From the IMG/VR virus record IMGVR_UViG_3300020419_000005: DNA of 64,000 nt; one strand, 5' to 3'. Positions 24,724-34,593 of the stretch are shown in pieces (within the stretch, counting starts at the first letter, position 1; every line of letters begins with the position of its first letter). The DNA is from a virus. The notes under the pieces are model-generated. The model worked only from the letters and a program-made list of their open reading frames with translations. It did not search any database and was not told the origin of the DNA. A program made the position numbers and the translations under genes.

Positions 24724-25578
24724 TTAACTATAGTTATGCACGTGTATAAGCACGAGATAAGGATTGCCAGTTCCAGGAATTTCGTGGTTATGAATTGAAA
24801 TATCTGCTCTTTGCATTACTCCACTTGCTCCACTACCATTGCTATAAAACACGTTACAACCGTAACCGTTTACAGTCCACCCAGTAGGTGTACCTGTACC
24901 ACCCTCAAAACGGGTATATACCTGCATTAAGGTTGCTTTTAATGTGTTATCAACTGGTGCATTTGATAAGTTAATGGTAAAGTTACCACCACCTGTCTTT
25001 CTAATAAAAATATTACCACTATCGTTCCAGTTATGGTTTACCGTACCAGATGTCTGATAATAGTAAATATGTTCCTGTAAACCTGCGTGTGATAATGTTC
25101 CAGTAAATGTACCGTGACCAGATTCTATATCTTGGAATTGTGCAAAAGACAAATCATCGTCACCGATCATAGTCCAAGTTGCACCTGTCTCAATGGTTAC
25201 AGTATATCCGTTATCAATCTGTATCGGACCTGCTGAAAAACCGTTAGAAAACTCTACACCACCATTGAATGTAGGTCCAACAGTAATATTTTCTTGTATA
25301 TTAGGTCCGTTAGTTCTAATAATTGAGTTTTCACCAACAGAAGGACCACCACCACCTACATCATCCCAACCTGGGTTTCCTGCATTGGCATCCTGTAGAT
25401 AAATCTGTGCTTGGTCTTCAGTCGTGTTATAGACCAAAGTACCATAAGCAGGTGTACCAAGTGCATTAATCTGCGATTGGTTCAACGGTGGAAGATTTAA
25501 CTGTTCTGATATAGACCAAGCAGTTACAAGACCTCTTGTACTTGCCTGTATCTGATTACCATTAATCTTTGTGGTCAT
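24724..25578 (-). CDS. tail fibre-like virion protein
   Basis: GTLVYNTT, IIRTNGPNIQENITV..SAGPIQI..VTIETGATW; CTAAATA at 25600-25606. Confidence 0.7.
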   Translation of the reverse strand: MTTKINGNQIQASTRGLVTAWSISEQLNLPPLNQSQINALGTPAYGTLVYNTTEDQAQIYLQDANAGNPGWDDVGGGGPSVGENSIIRTNGPNIQENITVGPTFNGGVEFSNGFSAGPIQIDNGYTVTIETGATWTMIGDDDLSFAQFQDIESGHGTFTGTLSHAGLQEHIYYYQTSGTVNHNWNDSGNIFIRKTGGGNFTINLSNAPVDNTLKATLMQVYTRFEGGTGTPTGWTVNGYGCNVFYSNGSGASGVMQRADISIHNHEIPGTGNPYLVLIHVHNYS

Positions 25579-25602
25579 AGTGTTCTACAGTCCTAATACT
25601 AT

Positions 25603-28600
25603 TTAGATAACAAGTTCCCTGATTTGGATAGTATCATTTTGTTGCGGTGCTGAACTGATACTAAAGTCAACTGCATTACCAGTAACTGTGTAGTCTACAC
25701 CTGGGATTTGGGCAACACCATTTAAGAATACAAGAACAGAATATGCTGTGTGACCTGCTGATATTGCAAACGAAGTTGTAGATCCATTACCTGAGTATGT
25801 AACACCGTTATTATTATTAGTAATACCAGTTGCTAATCTATACTTGTCAGCAGCACCATAAGTTCCAGTAACATCTAAGTTACCATCAAGGAATGTATTA
25901 CCTAATATCTTCATCCTATTGGATGCGTCAGGCATTGTACCTATACCATAGTGTGTAACGTTACTAAATCTTCTTGCTTTTATTGGCGTGGTGTCAGTCA
26001 TACCAAACTGATACCAAACTCCTGCCTGATACATCCAACCCATTGAGTCACCTGCTACCCAATCAATATTGTATATAATATCTCCGTCATTAAATGCAAG
26101 TGTAGCATCAATATCTGGTTGACCTGATCCATCATCCTCTGCTAAGAATGTCTGTCTAAGAACTGTACCATCATCATTTGAGTATGTAAGTCTTAGAGTC
26201 TGAATATTCTCCTGAGAAGTAATTCTCTTCTGGAAAGTAACAGGACCTGAGAATACAGATTCTAACTGGTTAGATGCTCCACCAATTACAGTCAGTTTAT
26301 CAGTCAGAACAACCTCAGAGAATGTCTGAATGGTTGTATTTTCTTCACCCAATACGTTAAGTTGAGCAATATCCTCGTTTGTGATCTGACCTGTAACTGG
26401 GTTGATAACTTGGTTTCCAACGAACAGTTCACCATCAGAGTTAACACCAGAGTAGTATGCAACACCCGCTGCTTCTTTCAACGACTGTGACAGTCTGACT
26501 TGTGCAGGGGATAAAACTTCTACCTGAGTTGACGGGAACGCTGTTGAATAATTTCCTGGTCCGAAACCTAGGTACTCAAAAGTATGACCTGACGCTCTAA
26601 GAATAGAATAACGTCTAAGTTCACATAATATAGGTGCTACTGAGTTATCTGCATTTAGTTTCAGTGCAATCTTTCTTTCTTCTTCATCACCAAGACGTGA
26701 TGTAACAACAATACTGTTCAATGTATTTGCTGTAGTATTATATCCTAAGTTATTCTCTTGCTCTAGTAAGAAGAACTGTGTAGTTTCTTTTGTAATTGAT
26801 AGTTGCTTATCTTCATTTGGATTTGGTGAAGCACCATCTGTTGTTGTTACCTTACCAAGAATTTCATTATCTGCTACTGAAATAGCAGGTCCTGGGTCTG
26901 CAAGTGGATTATCTCTATCAAATGTAGGATACACATCAACAGTCTGCTGTGAGAAAGCAAAGTTATCAAAGTTTGATGTTGCAGGTGATACACTAGCATT
27001 AAGTATAGTTAGGTAATAGATACCATCAGCGACACCACGTTCAAACTCTTGGAATGTCTCAACTTCAAAGATATAATATGTCTTATCATATGCAGGAGAG
27101 TTAGTCTCAGATGATCTAGGTTGTATGACGAAACCAGTAATAGGAGTTCTAGGAACTGGGAACGCATCCTTGTCTAGTACATATCTAAATCTGTAGATTC
27201 TATCCTTAAGGTCTCTTGCATCGGGGATTCTTCTAATGAATGTAGTAGGTGTAAATCCTAAGTTATTGTACTGACTGTTTGCAATTAGAGTTGTGTAAAT
27301 ATCATTATTTGCTGAGTCAACCTGTATGTACCAGTTAGATTGGTTGGTATCATATTTAATTGGGTTTGCATCATCACCTGGGGATGTACTTGTAACTTCT
27401 TTTCCAGAAGGATCAATCTTTGCTGTATGTGTTGTAGGAGCAGATGCACCCGCTGCAACTAATAGTACATTAATCTTATCAGGTAATGTAGGTGAATCTT
27501 TTCTCGCACCTATTGTATAACCCTGTATCTTTGAAGGTGGTTTACCATTTTGATTGGTGTAACCATAGAGATATAATTTTGTGGGATCTGCTGCTGCTTT
27601 TATCTTTTGAATATCTAATGTAACCCAGTTGATTGATACTTCTGCAATATCTTCTAGTGATTTAGGTGGTATAACGTGTGTTATCTGCCCTGCTTTATCT
27701 TTTGTAAATGATGCTGACTTAAATCCTTTTGATCTTAGTGATGTATTACCAAAGTTTGAGTTAGAGTTGGTAATTGATAAGTCACCGCCACTCTCTGAGA
27801 AGAAGTGATCTCCAAATCCAACAGCGAAAACAGAAACGACCTGTATGAATGAGTCATTAGATGCGTGGATGTGAACGTGTCGCCAACCTTTTCTATACTT
27901 TGCTAGACCATCAATATGTGCACCCGAACCCGCTGCCTGTGCTTCATAGTTACCAGTTGAAGCATTATACTTAACAAAAGCACGGTCATCTTTCTGTAGA
28001 GAGATTCCCGTAAACTGTGCCACAACCATTGATTTGAAACCAGTTGCTTGTGAACCATCTGCGTGCATACCATTGATTCCCCAAACTGATCTTAGTGAAC
28101 AGTTGAATACGTATGGTGATGCAGAGTCAACTGTATCAATCTCAACTTTAACCAGTACGTTAGAACCGATAGCATTACCAGTTGGTTCAGAACTCATCTG
28201 ATATGTAAACTGGTTGCCCTGTGCTGACGTTACAAGGAAGGATCCGTTATAAAGATTCGCATCTGCCTCAGTTGGACCCGTGACCCCTGAGATATTGACC
28301 GCGACCCCGACAGAGAAACCGTGATTAACAGGATTATCTTGAATGTCAACAGTAAACGCAGTCGCTGTCTGTCCGTTTCTGATGATCTGTGAGACTCTGA
28401 ATTCATCTGAGATAGGTCCTACAATTCTATTTTCTTCTACTCTTGCCTGTAACTGGTCTTGTGCGATAGTACCAGAAGTATCAGGAATTGTTGCATATGC
28501 TTTAGAAATCTTCTGATAGTAAAGATCTAGATCATTTCCATTTGCATATTCAAAACAAGTTATTTTATGATGTGAGAAGTTAGGTGCAATGACATCAGTA

Positions 28601-29178
28601 AGTTCTGGTCTATAATATACACCGTTGTTGTCACCATCAAAGAATGACATCTGCCAGAAATAGCATCCACCAGTCAGTCTGAATATAGCAGAAGTTCCTG
28701 GTTCGTTAGCAGAGGATATACCTAATGACGCTTGTGTTGTAGGATATGGAACATACTTAGGTACAATTTTTGTACGTCTTAAGTCTGATCCAACAACAGA
28801 AACACCCCTTGGGCATATAACTCCACCATTAACAGAGTTAAATTTATATAAGATGTTATTTGAGGAAGTTAATTCAAAGTTAGAGTTCTCATCAAATGGA
28901 GTAATTTCTCCAAATGTTGCAACCCCAGGTCTATTATCAATTACATATTCTGAAGGATAAAGATATATACTAAATGCGTCAAATTCGTCATTACTTAAAC
29001 CAACCCTATATGAAAATCTTGCCACCTCTAAGAACGCACGTTGTAACGTTTTAAAAGGTCGTAACGCTGAGTTACCTCGGTTGTCATACGCATCCGACGC
29101 ATCAAAATCATCAGGGTTGACGTATATAATACGACCAGTCCTCGATGTGATAATATTTTTGAGACGGGTTAGTGCCAT
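25603..29178 (-). CDS. large virion structural protein
   Basis: MALTRLKNII..IYVNP..D..GNSALRPFKTLQRA family; C-terminal VLVFLNGVAQIPG domain; CTAAATA upstream. Confidence 0.8.
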   Translation of the reverse strand: MALTRLKNIITSRTGRIIYVNPDDFDASDAYDNRGNSALRPFKTLQRAFLEVARFSYRVGLSNDEFDAFSIYLYPSEYVIDNRPGVATFGEITPFDENSNFELTSSNNILYKFNSVNGGVICPRGVSVVGSDLRRTKIVPKYVPYPTTQASLGISSANEPGTSAIFRLTGGCYFWQMSFFDGDNNGVYYRPELTDVIAPNFSHHKITCFEYANGNDLDLYYQKISKAYATIPDTSGTIAQDQLQARVEENRIVGPISDEFRVSQIIRNGQTATAFTVDIQDNPVNHGFSVGVAVNISGVTGPTEADANLYNGSFLVTSAQGNQFTYQMSSEPTGNAIGSNVLVKVEIDTVDSASPYVFNCSLRSVWGINGMHADGSQATGFKSMVVAQFTGISLQKDDRAFVKYNASTGNYEAQAAGSGAHIDGLAKYRKGWRHVHIHASNDSFIQVVSVFAVGFGDHFFSESGGDLSITNSNSNFGNTSLRSKGFKSASFTKDKAGQITHVIPPKSLEDIAEVSINWVTLDIQKIKAAADPTKLYLYGYTNQNGKPPSKIQGYTIGARKDSPTLPDKINVLLVAAGASAPTTHTAKIDPSGKEVTSTSPGDDANPIKYDTNQSNWYIQVDSANNDIYTTLIANSQYNNLGFTPTTFIRRIPDARDLKDRIYRFRYVLDKDAFPVPRTPITGFVIQPRSSETNSPAYDKTYYIFEVETFQEFERGVADGIYYLTILNASVSPATSNFDNFAFSQQTVDVYPTFDRDNPLADPGPAISVADNEILGKVTTTDGASPNPNEDKQLSITKETTQFFLLEQENNLGYNTTANTLNSIVVTSRLGDEEERKIALKLNADNSVAPILCELRRYSILRASGHTFEYLGFGPGNYSTAFPSTQVEVLSPAQVRLSQSLKEAAGVAYYSGVNSDGELFVGNQVINPVTGQITNEDIAQLNVLGEENTTIQTFSEVVLTDKLTVIGGASNQLESVFSGPVTFQKRITSQENIQTLRLTYSNDDGTVLRQTFLAEDDGSGQPDIDATLAFNDGDIIYNIDWVAGDSMGWMYQAGVWYQFGMTDTTPIKARRFSNVTHYGIGTMPDASNRMKILGNTFLDGNLDVTGTYGAADKYRLATGITNNNNGVTYSGNGSTTSFAISAGHTAYSVLVFLNGVAQIPGVDYTVTGNAVDFSISSAPQQNDTIQIRELVI

Positions 29179-29203
29179 TTAATTTTTATCCCTTAATTAC
29201 TAT

Positions 29204-31081
29204 TTAGATTCCACCTGCGGGAGGAACATAATCTACGATAGTATAGTCACTTACATTGTTAACAAATCCATTCACTTGTGCACTCATATCTGCACTTGAA
29301 GCATATACAATCAGATGAGATCCAGGTCCTATAACTAAACCTTTATGTTCTACTGTTGCGTTAGCACCAATAGCAGAATCATAATAGAGATAATCTCCAG
29401 TCTCCACATCAGTTGCAGCAGTCACACTACTTACTGTTGCTATTGATCTTGTTAGACCCTGTACAGGAGGAGTATCTGGGAATGTATCAGACCCTGTGAA
29501 AGCAGCAGGTGAATCATTATCAACAAATACTTTCAACTTACTTGTAGCAGTGTCCCAAGAAGTTACATAACCGAAAGCACCTGCTGTTACAGTACCAATA
29601 GTCTGTGATGCAGTACCAACTGTAAATGTATTACCAGTTATAGGAGTTCCAACTACATCATAGATGAATACCTCTGTAAAAGTAGGATCAGGGTTTATAT
29701 CAATAGATCCAGAGTATCCTGCTGTACCATCAGCATAATAGAATACGGGATCAGGAGTCGTAGCAGAAATTGCAATTTCAATGTATGCAGTACCACCAGA
29801 ACCTGCTGTACCAACCTTTGTAACACCAGTTGTGAACTCAGTTCCTGGGGTTGGAGTAGCGTTTGTTCCATCATTAACATCAGAAAATCTTAATGCTAAA
29901 GATGTATTTGTAGAATCAGAAATATCAAATCTATAAGTTTGATCTACATTTAACTGGAATGTTGTATCTGGTTTAACTTCTTGTCCTGATACAGTTGCCC
30001 AGATATATCCCGCTGTAAATGTTTTATCAACTGTGATAGTATCTTGAACAACAGCAGTTGCTCCTGATGTACCACCTGTTAATGTCTCACCTGTTTTAAA
30101 GATGAAGAAACCTGCTGAACCCGCTGCTGTTAATGGAGTGACTGTTACACCATCGTTATGGTTAGCATCAGTTGTACCCATCATTCCACGAGTAACTGTA
30201 ACGTCATTAGTAGAAACGTTAGTTGCTTGCATAATTTCATTACCAACAACAATGTATGAACCAGAAAGTATGGCAGCACCACTGGTTACAGTTAAAGTTG
30301 TGTCTCCCGCTGCAAAAGTACCACCCTCGTTAATAGTTGTGGTAGTTCCAGATGGAGTATATGCTGTTACGTATTGACCTGGGGTATGTGTTGCAGGAGT
30401 TGTACCAAAGGTTCCACGTGTGATTGTTAATTGCCCAGGTCCTGTAGTACCTGAGTCAAATGTTGCAGCACTGACAGTAACTACCTCGGCAGATGCAGTT
30501 CCGTCAGATAAGAATAGATAATCGTTAGCATTAATGTTTGTGGCAGAAGTAACAGGTACTGAGGTAACACCAGTTCCCATATTTGCCATCTCAATATTTA
30601 AACCCGTAGAAGTTGTTCCTCTAAATGTTGCAGTCAATGTAGAAACACTACCAGTTATTGTTTCACCACCTTGGAATGTACCCGCATTTTGTGCTGAGTC
30701 AACTCCGATAGTACTTGTGGTTCCAACTTTTGTATAGTAAGTTGTAGTGGTTGTAGTTTTTACAACGTCAGCAAGTTTTGCTGTGAAATTACTTTGACCA
30801 CCTGTAATTGCTAAACCTGGGGTTGCGTCTCCAACAGTCAATCCTGGGTTTAGTGCTATCTTATACTTTGATAATACATTACCTTTTTGAAATTTGTAAG
30901 TATTAGCATCAAGTGTAAGTTCTTGAGTGTAATCTTTATGTGCCAGTCTGTACGTTCCCGCTGAACCTCCACGGTTGCATACGTGTACAACACCCGATGT
31001 AGTGTCGTTAATATCGGAACTGTATAAGACTGTATTTGTAGTTGCAGACGGTGCTACCGCTGCTAGTCTTCCTGCTTTCAT
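29204..31081 (-). CDS. virion structural protein
   Basis: T/G/A-rich repeats (VTRG..GT..A.H..G..V) in late cluster. Confidence 0.75.
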   Translation of the reverse strand: MKAGRLAAVAPSATTNTVLYSSDINDTTSGVVHVCNRGGSAGTYRLAHKDYTQELTLDANTYKFQKGNVLSKYKIALNPGLTVGDATPGLAITGGQSNFTAKLADVVKTTTTTTYYTKVGTTSTIGVDSAQNAGTFQGGETITGSVSTLTATFRGTTSTGLNIEMANMGTGVTSVPVTSATNINANDYLFLSDGTASAEVVTVSAATFDSGTTGPGQLTITRGTFGTTPATHTPGQYVTAYTPSGTTTTINEGGTFAAGDTTLTVTSGAAILSGSYIVVGNEIMQATNVSTNDVTVTRGMMGTTDANHNDGVTVTPLTAAGSAGFFIFKTGETLTGGTSGATAVVQDTITVDKTFTAGYIWATVSGQEVKPDTTFQLNVDQTYRFDISDSTNTSLALRFSDVNDGTNATPTPGTEFTTGVTKVGTAGSGGTAYIEIAISATTPDPVFYYADGTAGYSGSIDINPDPTFTEVFIYDVVGTPITGNTFTVGTASQTIGTVTAGAFGYVTSWDTATSKLKVFVDNDSPAAFTGSDTFPDTPPVQGLTRSIATVSSVTAATDVETGDYLYYDSAIGANATVEHKGLVIGPGSHLIVYASSADMSAQVNGFVNNVSDYTIVDYVPPAGGI

Positions 31082-31088
31082 TTTTTAG

Positions 31089-32423
31089 TTACCATCCTGC
31101 TGCAAAATGTTGTTGTAATCTAAGTCTGCCACCTAGATCTGGTGCTGAAATTGGACCACCAAACGAAACACCCAATGTGCCTACGTTCGCTGTTGATAGT
31201 AGTGTAGCATCAGCATCAGGGAACTGAATTGTTTTAGTTCCTGTGATATTACTTAGATCAAGGTTAACAATCCTTTGATCATCTACTTCATCAACTAATT
31301 TTAATGCGACAATAGATTTGTTGCTTAAAATCTGAGTTGCTTGCGTCGCAACTAAAGTGTTGTTTGCAAGTATATTTGTATTTAGGTTAGTTGCAGGGAA
31401 CTCATATTTAAGAGTAGTTGCACCCGAAACATTTGCTAAGTCAAAGAAAATACGAGCAGTAGTATCAGCACCACTAACAAAGTAGGGGTCTGCATAGTTT
31501 TTGTTCGTAAAGTTTTGAGTTGCTTCAATACCTGCTACTGTGAACGATTGATCAGGGAATGTAACAGTTCTATCTGTTGTAACTGCTCCCGAAGCAAACG
31601 TAACTTTTGGTGTTGGTGCATTTGGATCTCCCGATGCAATATCAGATATTGAAGGGTTGATCAAATTCTTGTTACTAACGTCTTGTTCAGTAATAGTATC
31701 TATCAGAGTTGACTGTGATGCTGAAGTTCCATAGTCAGGTAGTCTGTAGATGTGTTCTACTGGTGATTCCCAAGAGTCAGTTTCAAACTTTGCTATCTTT
31801 CCCGCATTTGATGAACCAATTATCTGTAAGTTACCATCCTGTATGATGATAGTCTTATTAGATATTGTCTGTGCAGTGTCATTACCTATAAGAGTTGTAG
31901 ATGTGAAACTTCCTGTGTTAGGTAAAGCAAAGGTACGAATACCTGCACCTGTTGACACATTAGAAATTTCAAACTTTGCTCTTTTATCAGGGTTCTGATC
32001 ATCTGCTAAGAAAAAGTTAACATCTGTAAGTTCTGTAGGTCCATTCACTAAAAATTTCCCAGAACCTTGCGGTCTGAGATCTATGTTCACATTGGATGAA
32101 GTTGTGTCACCTGCAATCAATCGAATAGTTGCTGATCCATCAGCATTATTCTGCTTCCTATAGTACATAGATGATGTACCGAAAGCAAGACCTATTTCGT
32201 TATATGCGTTTTGGTATAATCCAGTGTCTCTATCCAAATCAAAACTAAGACCTGGTGCGGACTGTGACCCTGCACTAATTCCTTTGAAAAGTTGGTTTAT
32301 CCTTGCTTTTCTATTTGGTATTAGAGGGTCAGATATGACAACAGGTAGAATCGCTTCACCAGTTAACACTTCATCCGCTAGAGTCTCTAATTGTGAAATT
32401 CTCTTTGTTCCCACAGCACTCAA
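31089..32423 (-). CDS. virion structural protein
   Basis: KRISQL N-terminus, SAPGLSFDLDRDTGLY, T.AQT..NK repeats; TATAAATA at 32443-32450. Confidence 0.75.
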   Translation of the reverse strand: MSAVGTKRISQLETLADEVLTGEAILPVVISDPLIPNRKARINQLFKGISAGSQSAPGLSFDLDRDTGLYQNAYNEIGLAFGTSSMYYRKQNNADGSATIRLIAGDTTSSNVNIDLRPQGSGKFLVNGPTELTDVNFFLADDQNPDKRAKFEISNVSTGAGIRTFALPNTGSFTSTTLIGNDTAQTISNKTIIIQDGNLQIIGSSNAGKIAKFETDSWESPVEHIYRLPDYGTSASQSTLIDTITEQDVSNKNLINPSISDIASGDPNAPTPKVTFASGAVTTDRTVTFPDQSFTVAGIEATQNFTNKNYADPYFVSGADTTARIFFDLANVSGATTLKYEFPATNLNTNILANNTLVATQATQILSNKSIVALKLVDEVDDQRIVNLDLSNITGTKTIQFPDADATLLSTANVGTLGVSFGGPISAPDLGGRLRLQQHFAAGW

Positions 32424-32465
32424 GCGTTATTTGATACAATCTTATTTATACAAGTTTCACCTGTC

Positions 32466-32768
32466 CTAATCCCTTTGTCTCCAATCATCTGATCTATTGT
32501 CATTGTGAAACCAATCCGCTATGTCATCTGCACCGCTGAAACCCTTTTTATGTTTACTTGAATCCGAGTCTCCTATATCCAAGTACTTAAGAAAAGTTGA
32601 GTCATCATCCGTTTTTAATCTTCTTGCTTGACTTAGCATTCCTCTTGCTGATGTATTTGCTTTTGATAATTTCTCTGCCCATATCATATCATCTAAACTT
32701 ACTTCTTGGTTCGCTGCAATAGACTTACAGATACCTTCTAACCGAAGGCGATAGGCAGTTGATAACAT
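32466..32768 (-). CDS. conserved cyanophage hypothetical protein
   Basis: MLST.YRLRLE.IC..I..EV.L.DMIWAEKL..DDWRQRD. Confidence 0.8.
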   Translation of the reverse strand: MLSTAYRLRLEGICKSIAANQEVSLDDMIWAEKLSKANTSARGMLSQARRLKTDDDSTFLKYLDIGDSDSSKHKKGFSGADDIADWFHNDNRSDDWRQRD

Positions 32769-32794
32769 AAATTAATAAGTAATATTAATTTTAT

Positions 32795-32947
32795 TTATCT
32801 CTCAGATACCTGTTGTATTAGTGTGTCAATAGATCGAGACATACTGCGATACCCCGTTCCTACGTATAATTGTCCTAGAAATACAGACACGGTTGCTGCT
32901 CCCCAGAATACATAATACCATTTACTTTTAATTTGGTAGCGTTTCAT
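32795..32947 (-). CDS. small membrane protein (50 aa)
   Basis: Manual: MKRYQIKSKWYYVFWGAATVSVFLGQLYVGTGYR... Confidence 0.7.
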   Translation of the reverse strand: MKRYQIKSKWYYVFWGAATVSVFLGQLYVGTGYRSMSRSIDTLIQQVSER

Positions 32948-33035
32948 ACTATAAATACTGATAGAATTAGGAATAAGTCAATGCACTGAAACCTGCTTTA
33001 CATTATATCATATAAACTGAAAAGGAGCAAAACTT

Positions 33036-33185
33036 ATGACACATAATATTGTCCCATACAATCAACTCAGAAATTTTCAACCATCAGAGGATCAGATGTT
33101 AGATGAATATTATGATTGTATTGTAGAATGTAGAGAAGACCAAGGACTGTGTAAACGATATTGTCGTTCTATCCTTGAAAGATAA
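33036..33185 (+). CDS. 49-aa twin-CX3C protein
   Basis: Manual: MTHNIVPYNQL...EYYDCIVECREDQGLCKRYCRSILER; AAGGAG SD; TATAAATA at 32950-32957. Confidence 0.75.
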   Translation: MTHNIVPYNQLRNFQPSEDQMLDEYYDCIVECREDQGLCKRYCRSILER

Positions 33186-33216
33186 AAAGAAAGAGGTCGC
33201 TAGGGGACCTCTTTTT
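33186..33216. terminator. Bidirectional terminator between convergent genes
   Basis: AAAGAGGTC-GCTAGGG-GACCTCTTT. Confidence 0.8.
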
Positions 33217-33385
33217 ATTCGGGAAATTTTAACATCGTATTATGCTCTATCGTTTTTGCAGCGTCTGCTAGTGCGTCTCTGACAGTAGGTTGTTGACCTG
33301 TTGCCTGATAAGCAAGATTGTTTTGGTCTGTCATTGACCATCTCCACTGGTGCATTTCATTACAATACCAGAGTTGTATTTGCAT
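33215..33385 (-). CDS. conserved cyanophage hypothetical protein (56 aa)
   Basis: Manual: MQIQLWYCNEMHQWRWSMT... Confidence 0.7.
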   Translation of the reverse strand: MQIQLWYCNEMHQWRWSMTDQNNLAYQATGQQPTVRDALADAAKTIEHNTMLKFPE

Positions 33386-33401
33386 ATGGTGTTCGTGTAA
33401 G

Positions 33402-33662
33402 TTAATAGGGAATCTCCGTATCGCACTTAACTAAGTGTGCGTCTAATTCAAATATAATCGGGTGACATAACTCTTGTATTAAATATGATGAGGATTGATA
33501 GATTTCCTCCATAGTTAACCAAGTATTTCTATTTGCCAACTCTATCATATCTGAGTCGGGTCTGTTAATTTCGTCGAAAGTGAATGCTAAACCATTAAGA
33601 TAATAAATCCTACACAATCCTATTTTGACGACATAACGGAAGTCGGAATAGATGCGGTACAT
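33402..33662 (-). CDS. hypothetical protein
   Basis: ORF track. Confidence 0.7.
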   Translation of the reverse strand: MYRIYSDFRYVVKIGLCRIYYLNGLAFTFDEINRPDSDMIELANRNTWLTMEEIYQSSSYLIQELCHPIIFELDAHLVKCDTEIPY

Positions 33663-34093
33663 TTGCTGAATAAGAAAGGACCTTTTTTGGAACCCCAGAG
33701 CAATTCCCCTTCCTCGTCATACCCTTTATCATCAGACTCAAAAGAATCTTTAGTTAAAGTTATTGTAGAAACAACTACACCTCTGCCATTATGGGCATCT
33801 GGTTCGTTCTTACCTATCCAACCTCTCTCACTTTCAGTAAAGATTAGACTAGGCATTTTTTTATCAGCGTTAAATGTTTCTAACAGTATGTGATCTTTTT
33901 TAGAAACGACATTGTGTGTTCGCTCGCGATACACTTCTCCGTTCCAGTCATACCACTGTTTTGAACTCAGACGACCTTCATCATTGAAATACCAATAGTA
34001 ATGGATATATGCAAATGAAGATGGCCACATTTGTGCCTGTCTCAAATTATGCCAGTGGTGAACCAAAAGATCCAGAAAGGGTTGTTGATCCAT
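33620..34093 (-). CDS. cpeT: CpcT/CpeT-type phycobiliprotein lyase
   Basis: W.N..QA...P..FAYI..SKQWY...YRER..DKGYD..G..LWGS..GPF.F. Confidence 0.8.
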   Translation of the reverse strand: MDQQPFLDLLVHHWHNLRQAQMWPSSFAYIHYYWYFNDEGRLSSKQWYDWNGEVYRERTHNVVSKKDHILLETFNADKKMPSLIFTESERGWIGKNEPDAHNGRGVVVSTITLTKDSFESDDKGYDEEGELLWGSKKGPFLFSKCTASIPTSVMSSK

Positions 34094-34108
34094 CGTATAT
34101 TTTATATA

Positions 34109-34381
34109 TTATAATTGCTCTTTGAGTTCACCTAATGTTTCAGTCACGTAACTTTTGACTTCTGCATCACTTGGTAAGGTAACACCAGGTATAGGGGGTG
34201 GTGGACCTGTCATAGGTATAGGTGGAGTCTCTAATGCTTCTACCTGTAACTGTCCGTCAGGGATTCCATTCATTAGAATGTTTCCTTTATCTCCTTCTAT
34301 GAGAACTGTCTCTCCTCTTTCAACAAGTTTGAAAACAAAATTTAAGTTCTCAACTGCTTCATCTTTTGTAATTCTGATCAT
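34109..34381 (-). CDS. Phd/YefM-like N-terminal domain protein
   Basis: ITKDEAVENLNFVFKLVERGETVLI; Pro-rich middle. Confidence 0.5.
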   Translation of the reverse strand: MIRITKDEAVENLNFVFKLVERGETVLIEGDKGNILMNGIPDGQLQVEALETPPIPMTGPPPPIPGVTLPSDAEVKSYVTETLGELKEQL

Positions 34382-34587
34382 AATTGATAATGTCTTTTAT
34401 CTGATGGAATTGATGCTTGAATTATCTCAACCATCTCTTGAAAATTTTTAGCACCTTCTTCATCAAATTCATAAGGAACTATAGTTTGATCTCCTTCACT
34501 ATTTAAAATAGTTACGGTTCGTTTTGGAAAGTCAATAATGACTTCTTCGATTGTGGTTTCCATTGCGTCCCAATAATCTTCAATCAT
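34378..34587 (-). CDS. hypothetical protein
   Basis: ORF track. Confidence 0.7.
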   Translation of the reverse strand: MIEDYWDAMETTIEEVIIDFPKRTVTILNSEGDQTIVPYEFDEEGAKNFQEMVEIIQASIPSDKRHYQL

Positions 34588-34593
34588 TATAAC

